This document shows, in pieces, positions 57,282 to 64,000 of a DNA stretch of 64,000 bases. Both the position numbers and the translations under genes were made by a program. Source of the DNA: Escherichia phage T5_ev219; sequence record NC_134263.1. One strand, written 5' to 3'. The notes under the pieces were generated by a model. The model saw nothing but the letters and a program-made list of their open reading frames with translations, was not told the origin of the DNA and searched no databases. Positions within the stretch are counted from its first letter, which is position 1; each line of letters starts with the position of its first letter.

Positions 57282-58105
57282 TGCGTAGATTAATTATTAT
57301 TAGCGGTGCGGGTTTGAGTGTTGAAAGTGGTGTACGAGCTTTTCGTACTGATACTGCTAGTGGTAAAGCATTGTGGGATGATTATGATCTAGAAGAAGTA
57401 TGTAATATTCATGCCTTTCGTGGTAATTTTTACCATAAAACCCATATGTTTTACAACAAGCGACGTGAAGAGCTAGAAACTGTTGAACCTAACCTTGCGC
57501 ATCTTCGTATTGGTGAGTGGTATAAGAAATATCCGGGTCAAGTAGTAAATTTGACTACTAATGTTGATGACCTTATTGAGCGTGCTGGTGTTCCTCATAA
57601 TGATATTCTCCACATTCATGGATACTTAAAGGAGGTTGTTGTAGCTGATAGCTACAATAGTAGTAATAAACGAATTATTGATGTTGGGTATAACTCTATT
57701 GACCCAGATGATTATAAATGGGCTAAACCTAATGTAATCTTCTTTGGTGAGCATGCTCCAGCGTACGCAGAAATGTACAATATTTTTGATGGTATTACTA
57801 GTCAAGATATGATCGTTGTAGTTGGTTGCTCTAATCAAGTAATTAATTTCTACTGGGAATTATTTCCTGTTCTTAATTTGACTGCTGCTAAACTTATGGT
57901 TGTTAACTACTACGATAGTGCCCTAGCGGCAGAACCAGGCTATCAAGGTATGACTCGTAGTGATATGTACCAGTTGGAAGAACGGGGTATTCCTTACTGG
58001 AGTAAAGGTGCGGTAGATGCTTTCAGTGATCCTGGTTTTATCGCTCGTATAGAAGCTCATCTAGAGGGTAGACCTTATATGCAGGGGGAACAGACATGTC
58101 CATAG
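57281..58105 (+). CDS. Sir2-family (sirtuin-like) protein lacking the zinc ribbon
   Basis: 274 aa; GAGLSVESGVRAFR, TTNVDDL, LHIHG motifs; no CxxC...CxxC. Confidence 0.6.
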   Translation: MRRLIIISGAGLSVESGVRAFRTDTASGKALWDDYDLEEVCNIHAFRGNFYHKTHMFYNKRREELETVEPNLAHLRIGEWYKKYPGQVVNLTTNVDDLIERAGVPHNDILHIHGYLKEVVVADSYNSSNKRIIDVGYNSIDPDDYKWAKPNVIFFGEHAPAYAEMYNIFDGITSQDMIVVVGCSNQVINFYWELFPVLNLTAAKLMVVNYYDSALAAEPGYQGMTRSDMYQLEERGIPYWSKGAVDAFSDPGFIARIEAHLEGRPYMQGEQTCP

Positions 58106-58278
58106 TTAAATCTGTGTATACACATCCAGATGATATATTTGTATGGGCGGATGGTAGTTGGTGCTATCGATGTGAGTTATGGGAAATGGACTATAAATCT
58201 GAGGACTATGGTGTCATATATGTTGATACGGTTGAGTATGATACGTTCTTAGAAAGGGACAAAAATGGAAATAAGTAA
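58096..58278 (+). CDS. hypothetical protein
   Basis: 60-aa ORF overlapping both neighbours. Confidence 0.4.
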   Translation: MSIVKSVYTHPDDIFVWADGSWCYRCELWEMDYKSEDYGVIYVDTVEYDTFLERDKNGNK

Positions 58279-58771
58279 TACTCCAATTATTTTTCTAGAC
58301 ATTGATGGGGTGCTTAATTCTAGCATCTCCCACCATCATGCACCTGATGATGAAAAGATTTTCTTTGGAAGTGACTGGGTTTTTAAACCGCTTCTCAAGG
58401 CTTTTCAGGACTTTATTCGTCCTTCTCCAATAATGATTGTTGGGGTATCTTCATGGTTCTCTGTCAGGAATGAGATGGAGAACGTTCAGATTATGACCGG
58501 ATTAGATCTTATCGATCGTTTTCTTGGTACAACGGATTTTACTGGTGGTGGGCTATCTAGGGGTAATTCTGTTCTTCGCTTCGTTGAAAAGCATAAGCTC
58601 AAACATTGGTGTGTGCTGGATGATGCTGGTGCTATGATGTATCAGTATCCAACGGTTATAGTCAACGGTAGAACCGGAATAAATCTTCAAGATTTAAGAG
58701 CTGTTAGCTATATGTTAGAATTTAGTCCAGATCTTGAAATGTGTAAAGCCCTACAAAAATTTAAGGTGTAA
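58265..58771 (+). CDS. HAD-superfamily phosphatase
   Basis: 168 aa; motif I FLDIDGVL, later VLDDAG. Confidence 0.55.
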   Translation: MEISNTPIIFLDIDGVLNSSISHHHAPDDEKIFFGSDWVFKPLLKAFQDFIRPSPIMIVGVSSWFSVRNEMENVQIMTGLDLIDRFLGTTDFTGGGLSRGNSVLRFVEKHKLKHWCVLDDAGAMMYQYPTVIVNGRTGINLQDLRAVSYMLEFSPDLEMCKALQKFKV

Positions 58772-58773
58772 AT

Positions 58774-59202
58774 ATGTTCAATAATATACTCTCTAAAGAG
58801 GCTAACCCGATATTGGTTAATTTTTGGCGTACTCTTCCAGCCAACCTGTACAATGAGGCTATTAATGATCTGAAAATATGGTGTGAGAATAATGAAATCT
58901 CCTTTGCTTTTAAGGGTGAGATTGAAGAAGCTCCCTGTATTGGTTTAATTGTGCAGGTAGAGGATGGTCTGGAAGAGATTGTCGGCTGGAAAGAGTTGGA
59001 TGAAATGGGGTTGGTTTTTGCATTAAACTATAAGCTATTTATGCCCAATAAACACCGTATTGTTGTTAATTATAAAACCAGTGAATCTCCTGGTTTTCAA
59101 GTTAATGAACACTACGGTTGGTCTTACTCACCGGAAGAAGTAAATGATGGTATCCAAAAACTTCGTCGTTTTGGTTATCAAATTCCCGGTTTAACTGCCT
59201 AA
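58774..59202 (+). CDS. hypothetical protein, paralog A of a tandem pair
   Basis: 142 aa; shares motifs with 59212..59604 (C[IV]G, W.EL, GL[IV].ALN..LF.P, GY.[IV]PGL). Confidence 0.55.
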   Translation: MFNNILSKEANPILVNFWRTLPANLYNEAINDLKIWCENNEISFAFKGEIEEAPCIGLIVQVEDGLEEIVGWKELDEMGLVFALNYKLFMPNKHRIVVNYKTSESPGFQVNEHYGWSYSPEEVNDGIQKLRRFGYQIPGLTA

Positions 59203-59211
59203 GGGGGCACA

Positions 59212-59604
59212 ATGGAACAAGTATATTGGCGTCAGATTGATCCTAGTTTGGTGAAGCGTGCTGAGAAGCTGCTACAACGTTGGTTGGGGGTAAGACAAGC
59301 CTCCTTCACTTTTCCGGAGCAGCAAATAGACGATCCCTGTGTTGGTGTTTTTCTATCAGGCTACGCTGGGGAATGGGAATTGGATTGGAATGAATTGTCT
59401 GCTATAGGTCTAATTGTTGCCCTAAATTTCTCTTTGTTCCATCCACGTGGTTTGGCCATATGTCGTGTGCCTGATGACGGTTGTTCGCCCTATCTTTTAC
59501 AGGTGGAAGATGATATTTGGGAGTACACTCCAGATATTCTCAAAGAAGCCAAAGAACAATTAAACCGTGTTGGGATCTATGTTCCGGGGCTAAATGATAA
59601 ATGA
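59212..59604 (+). CDS. hypothetical protein, paralog B of a tandem pair
   Basis: 130 aa; see paralog A. Confidence 0.55.
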   Translation: MEQVYWRQIDPSLVKRAEKLLQRWLGVRQASFTFPEQQIDDPCVGVFLSGYAGEWELDWNELSAIGLIVALNFSLFHPRGLAICRVPDDGCSPYLLQVEDDIWEYTPDILKEAKEQLNRVGIYVPGLNDK

Positions 59605-59625
59605 TTTTTATTAGTTGACCTCTGA

Positions 59626-59655
59626 TTACCGAGTCATTTTGGCTCGGTTTTCTCT
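59626..59655 (+). terminator. candidate rho-independent terminator
   Basis: accgag...ctcggt hairpin then TTTTCTC. Confidence 0.45.
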
Positions 59656-59695
59656 ATGCTCAAAGACACTGATAGCACCATCCGGAAAATTTTAC

Positions 59696-59724
59696 TTGCA
59701 GGATGCCCAAAATCTTGATATAAT
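59696..59724 (+). promoter_or_regulatory. sigma70 promoter with extended -10
   Basis: TTGCAG, 17 bp, TGaTATAAT. Confidence 0.55.
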
Positions 59725-60221
59725 ATTTATATTGAATTGAGAGACATTAGTAAAAATTGATTTTGCTAATTTTTCTTGTTTACAATCCGCGATACGGAAC
59801 AGTTAGGCTGCCCCATTAAGGGTTGTTTTAACTATTACTAGTGTTTATATTGCATTAGTTAATCTTCAATTAAGTGATCTGTGTACCCTGAATTCGGAAA
59901 GGTAAATCCAAACCGTGCATATTTAGCTCGTTATATAGGCAGAGTTTTATATGGGGGTGCGAACGAAAAGAGCAGCGAATGGCGGCACGTACAGTAGTCA
60001 CCTACCAATAGGATAGTGAGGACAAATAGAATCGGCTTAGCGGCCAATGACCTAGGTTCTATTCTGTATATGAGCGAAGAGAGCACAGCACTGAGATATG
60101 ATAACTTATTCATATTGTTTGATGATAATTGATGTTTACGTAAATAGTAGTAATAGTTGTTCTATTCTTTCTGAATAGTCCTAAAGAAAAGATTTCGATT
60201 AACCAACACAGGAGTATTGTT

Positions 60222-63011
60222 GTGTTTTCTATCCTCCAAGGTCACGCCGGATTTTCTCGTGATTTAGCAACAGGTATTTGGCGAGAAATCAAAGCGGAAG
60301 ATTATACCTTTGCCAAGCGATTCTCGAAAGAGCATCCAGAAGGTAAACCAGCTTCTATGCCCTTCAAATTTGATGTAATAGAAGAGCACGACCCACAAAG
60401 CCTTGCCGAAATGTTACCCCTTATGAGACGTTTAACGTCTGACCCTCATATCGTTGCGGTACGAGGTCGATGTCTTGCACCTAAAAATAATGTGCGACGT
60501 AAGAAAGGTAACTTTAATGTATCTAATCCTAGTAATATTATTGCTATGGACGTGGATGGTATCCTAGATACCGGTGGGTATGACAAATTTAATCTTGTTG
60601 GTATGGCCCGCCACATTATTAAGATGTTGAATAGTATTAGTGAGGACATGTTCCCTCTTGATGCAGGCTTTATAGCTCATGCATCGTCTTCGGCTGGGCT
60701 TAAACCAGGTATCCGAATGCACTTAATGCTAGAATCTAACGTCAAGGTAACTCAGGGTCAGCTAAAGTTCTTATTTACATCTATCAACGATAGTAGTAAG
60801 CAAAAATTTGGTTTTGATATTGCCGACCTAGCTTATTATTCATCTGTCCAGCTCCACTATTTTGCCGACCCCTTATTTAGCGATGGTATTGTTGATCCGT
60901 TTAAAGCGGAGAGTAAGCCACGTCTGGTGTATGTTAAAGGTTCGAAAGTAAATTTGCCCAATAATCTAGTTGACTATGAAACAACTAGAGGGGAGTTTAA
61001 GGAAGAGTTTTATTCTTTACTTGATCAAATTAAAGGCAAAAAGATTGCTTCTGATAAAGTAGAAGAAACCATCAGCGAGTTAGAAGAGGCTGATGATGGA
61101 GTGTATTTGCGTATTATCCCCAAACTATACCATAGAGCATTAGAGGATGGTGTTGATTTTGCATGGCTAGAACGTGAGATTAAACCAGCTTTATCCGAAT
61201 ATATTGCAACTAAAGATAACAGTCGTAATATTCAAGATTACTTTAATAACGGTCGTAAGCAGGCTCTCAAAGCGTTTGTTAATAATTCTAAACGTGAGAT
61301 TCCATTAAATCTGAAAGGTGTTCCACTTAAGAAATTAGAAGTGGATTCTCCACCAGAAGTTCCATACCTGAAGATTAACATTGTGCCCCCAAAAGGCCAT
61401 ATAACATTTGTTAAGGCAAGTCTTGGTACGGGTAAAACTACGGCAGTAACTAAATGGCTGGACGCAGGTGTTCTTCCGGGCAACTTTTTAGCAGTTACAA
61501 ATACTAGAGCACTGGTATCTTCAAATGCCAAGAAATTTAGTGCAGGACAATACGATAAGTCTGTAGATATGCTCAACTTTAAACGTGGGGCTATTGATCG
61601 TATGTCCACAACTATTCACTCTTTGCATAAGTTCAAAAGTTTTATTGGTCAAATAGACACCATTTTTATTGACGAATGTGACGCTGTAATGAATGACCTA
61701 TTATTCGCCCCTGTTGTTAAACAACGTCGCGAGTGTATTCAAGTTCTACGTGACATCCTCATGACAGCTAAAACTGTAATCTTATCCGATGGTGATATTA
61801 GTGCTGAGACTATTGAAGCATATGGTTCTCTAATTGATTTTGATAAACCGGTTGCATTTTATAATCATCATCGTAAGATGCTGTCAAAAGCTCATGCTTA
61901 TGAGTTCCCTGATGAGTCCAGTATTTGGGTTGCACTTCAAACATCTCTAGAGATGGGTGAAAAATCTATTCTAGTATCTGATTGTGGCCCTGATGAGCTG
62001 AATGAGAAGGGTATGGCACTACGTCGTAATACTGGTGCATTAGTTAAGGAAATCCATTCAAACTCCACATCTGATGTGGATATTAGACGTATTCTGGATT
62101 ACACAACTAATGAGCTAATTGATCAACAAATTGATTGCTTATTATGTAGTCCATCCGTAACGAGTGGAGTTGACTTCAACTACTTCGATAACGTATTTGT
62201 TATTACGAGAACTAGTAATCAAGCGCCAAACATGCGTTTTCAAGCAATCAGGCGCGACCGTGGTGCTCAGAATATCTATTATTTTATTGATAAATCCACT
62301 AGTGGGTTCTCCGCAGGTTCTGAACAATATAATATTGATGAAGGTTGGCTGGAGTTAGCACAGCAATTATACGCACGTCGCAGGGAGCTGGAATCTAGGA
62401 ACTATACTAGTACTTTACGTTATTACTTGCTTGATCAAGGTGCAACTATTGATATTTTCAGCGAAAGCTGGGGAACTATTGAAGGTGCTGGTAAAGAGTA
62501 CACAGAAGAGCGAATCAAAGCTATTCTACATTCAACTCCTGATTATTGTGCCCCACGTCATGCGGATGCGTATGAAGCTAAGCTACTTCTTGTTCGCTAT
62601 TATCATCTTGAGTCTATTAAAGATGTAACAGTTGAGCATGTTGAACAATATATCAAAGATAAGCCAAATGATCGAGCTGCATTCTTCCATAAGATGCACG
62701 AGATGTTCTGGGAGGATATTAAGAAGTGTTCAAATGTGACCATTAAACCATTCATAGAGGCTCTGAAAGGTAAGAAAAAGGACTTCTTCCTTAAAACAGG
62801 CCAGAGTGCGAACCCAAAATATGCAAGAATGTACCTCGGTATGATGGGTATTGGTAAGGATATGAACACTGAAAATATCGTAGACTGGTATAGAACCTAT
62901 TGTAAAATCGAGTGTATGCCAATTCCTTATAAGTTTATGACTGATGAGGAGAAACATATGCATGATGAAGCAATGTCAGAACTAGGTGCTAGAAATGACA
63001 GTGAAGAATAA
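60222..63011 (+). CDS. SF2 helicase-like P-loop NTPase, putative replication-origin-binding protein
   Basis: 929 aa; GTG start with ACAGGAG RBS; Walker A SLGTGKTT, Walker B FIDECDAV. Confidence 0.65.
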   Translation: MFSILQGHAGFSRDLATGIWREIKAEDYTFAKRFSKEHPEGKPASMPFKFDVIEEHDPQSLAEMLPLMRRLTSDPHIVAVRGRCLAPKNNVRRKKGNFNVSNPSNIIAMDVDGILDTGGYDKFNLVGMARHIIKMLNSISEDMFPLDAGFIAHASSSAGLKPGIRMHLMLESNVKVTQGQLKFLFTSINDSSKQKFGFDIADLAYYSSVQLHYFADPLFSDGIVDPFKAESKPRLVYVKGSKVNLPNNLVDYETTRGEFKEEFYSLLDQIKGKKIASDKVEETISELEEADDGVYLRIIPKLYHRALEDGVDFAWLEREIKPALSEYIATKDNSRNIQDYFNNGRKQALKAFVNNSKREIPLNLKGVPLKKLEVDSPPEVPYLKINIVPPKGHITFVKASLGTGKTTAVTKWLDAGVLPGNFLAVTNTRALVSSNAKKFSAGQYDKSVDMLNFKRGAIDRMSTTIHSLHKFKSFIGQIDTIFIDECDAVMNDLLFAPVVKQRRECIQVLRDILMTAKTVILSDGDISAETIEAYGSLIDFDKPVAFYNHHRKMLSKAHAYEFPDESSIWVALQTSLEMGEKSILVSDCGPDELNEKGMALRRNTGALVKEIHSNSTSDVDIRRILDYTTNELIDQQIDCLLCSPSVTSGVDFNYFDNVFVITRTSNQAPNMRFQAIRRDRGAQNIYYFIDKSTSGFSAGSEQYNIDEGWLELAQQLYARRRELESRNYTSTLRYYLLDQGATIDIFSESWGTIEGAGKEYTEERIKAILHSTPDYCAPRHADAYEAKLLLVRYYHLESIKDVTVEHVEQYIKDKPNDRAAFFHKMHEMFWEDIKKCSNVTIKPFIEALKGKKKDFFLKTGQSANPKYARMYLGMMGIGKDMNTENIVDWYRTYCKIECMPIPYKFMTDEEKHMHDEAMSELGARNDSEE

Positions 63012-63224
63012 AAAATGGGAAACAAGGAAGTTTCCAGTAAAAGAACGTAAAGTTCCTGTTTATGATACTTCGGAAAAGCTATGTAGGGTGGTTCCGCACA
63101 GATTAGCTGGCATCCCTAACATATCCGAGTGGTTACTTAAACAACGGAGGACTAACGTATCTCTTCGCATAGGGTTTGAGTTAGATAAAGTATATGCTGA
63201 ACTTTCTTCTTTGCTCAAGGAATC

Positions 63225-63270
63225 GTAAAAATTTATTTGCTTTCAGGAAAATTTTTCTGTATAATAGATT
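63225..63270 (+). promoter_or_regulatory. T5 early promoter PN25
   Basis: aaatttatttgctttcaggaaaatttttctgtataatagattcataaatttgagagaggagtttaaat matches PN25 as recalled; TTGCTT, 17 bp, TATAAT. Confidence 0.8.
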
Positions 63271-63296
63271 CATAAATTTGAGAGAGGAGTTTAAAT

Positions 63297-64000
63297 ATGG
63301 CTGGTTCTCGCAGAAAGAAACATATCCATGAAATCCCTGATGAAGTCTTTAAAAAAGTTATAGAGCATCTGGAGAACGGTGGTACTAAGAAAGCAGCATG
63401 TGAGATGCTCGGCGTATCATCCAATCCGACTATGGAAAGGATGATAGAAGAGTGGCAAGATCGCCAAATTCAGGTTGCCGAGATGAAGAAAAAGAAACGT
63501 GGTACACTCATTGAAGGTATTGAGTTGGCCAACGTTATTGAACAGTATCTATCTGGTGATTCTTTTGAAGAGATTGCCGATCGTAACTACCGCTCTGTAG
63601 CAATGGTTAAATCTGTTCTAGAACGATATGGTGCTCTACTTCGTTTGAACGATATTGTAGACCCCTTGAATCCTCCAATTATTCCTGACGATGCTGTAGC
63701 AGAAGAATTTGAGGTTGGAGAACTTGTTTGGGTTCCTGGATACCAGTGTATCGGTGAAATCAAAAAAGCAATGGATAACCCTGTTGGTTGTTATCGAGTC
63801 TGGTTACTATCGGAAGGCAAACAACAGAACGTTCATTATATGAATTACGAGCTGGCTTCTGTTAAACATCTGGAAAAGTTAGGGGTTGACGTAAAATCTC
63901 TGGGGTACAAGTGGACTCGTGAAGAAGTTATTACGTTGATTAACGAAGCTGTTAAGGCTGCCTTGAAACTTGATAAAGAAAAAGGAAAACGCCGTGAGTA
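63297..64000 (+). CDS. hypothetical protein (3' partial at window end)
   Basis: Open frame from ATG at 63297 (MAGSRRKKHIHEIPDE...) to window end; driven by the PN25-like promoter. Confidence 0.6.
   Translation, partial: MAGSRRKKHIHEIPDEVFKKVIEHLENGGTKKAACEMLGVSSNPTMERMIEEWQDRQIQVAEMKKKKRGTLIEGIELANVIEQYLSGDSFEEIADRNYRSVAMVKSVLERYGALLRLNDIVDPLNPPIIPDDAVAEEFEVGELVWVPGYQCIGEIKKAMDNPVGCYRVWLLSEGKQQNVHYMNYELASVKHLEKLGVDVKSLGYKWTREEVITLINEAVKAALKLDKEKGKRRE

Noticed and set aside
59931-60113. 60-aa minus-strand ORF in the non-coding island upstream of the helicase gene
   Set aside because: No RBS, opposite to flanking transcription and inside a region with a plus-strand promoter; more likely non-coding.
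62986-63228. 80-aa plus-strand ORF overlapping the end of the helicase-like gene
   Set aside because: Starts inside the 929-aa gene in another frame and runs into the PN25-like promoter; no RBS; possibly real but not supportable.
1-64000. Prophage or integrative-element interpretation (integrase, att sites, transposase)
   Set aside because: No integrase, recombinase or transposase-like ORF recognised; gene content (lysis, nucleotide metabolism, tRNAs, homing endonucleases, strong early promoters) fits a virulent T5-like phage.

Overview
This window reads as the left ~64 kb of a T5-like siphophage (Tequintavirus) genome. Basis: a 5'-deoxyribonucleotidase (dmp) followed by a 556-aa metallophosphoesterase-like A1 protein at the left end; a holin plus 137-aa L-alanyl-D-glutamate peptidase endolysin pair; and promoters at 63.2 kb and 56.6 kb that match from memory the classic T5 early promoter PN25 and a close relative. 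No database search was run. Layout: (1) 0-9.8 kb pre-early block with dmp, A1, a candidate A2, an HNH endonuclease and a plus-strand gene block bounded by inverted repeats carrying DnaA-box and LexA-box motifs; (2) 9.8-11.5 kb repeat-dense non-coding region, a candidate injection-stop / terminal-repeat boundary; (3) 11.5-29 kb of minus-strand early genes, many small and uncharacterised, including protein phosphatases, a ClpP-like protease, dNMP kinase, the lysis genes, two HNH-AP2 homing endonucleases and a GrcA-like glycyl-radical cofactor; (4) 29.2-37.2 kb minus-strand tRNA cluster (about 24 tRNAs, plus one at 40.7 kb) interleaved with small ORFs; (5) 37.3-48 kb mixed genes including a plus-strand low-complexity three-gene cassette, an SPFH protein, a stand-alone receiver-domain protein, a SleB-like hydrolase, a DEDD exonuclease, RNase H and a third HNH-AP2; (6) 48-56.5 kb nucleotide-metabolism cluster (thyA, dhfr, nrdB, nrdA, phoH, nrdD); (7) 56.6-64 kb plus-strand block with a Sir2-like protein, a HAD phosphatase, a tandem duplicated gene pair and a 929-aa SF2 helicase. 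Most minus-strand genes sit behind a conserved sigma70-type promoter module. All tRNA anticodons, motif calls and coordinates were derived by hand and need tool confirmation. The best candidates for something undescribed are the plus-strand cassette at 37.9-39.7 kb and the Sir2/HAD/duplicated-pair module at 57.3-59.6 kb.
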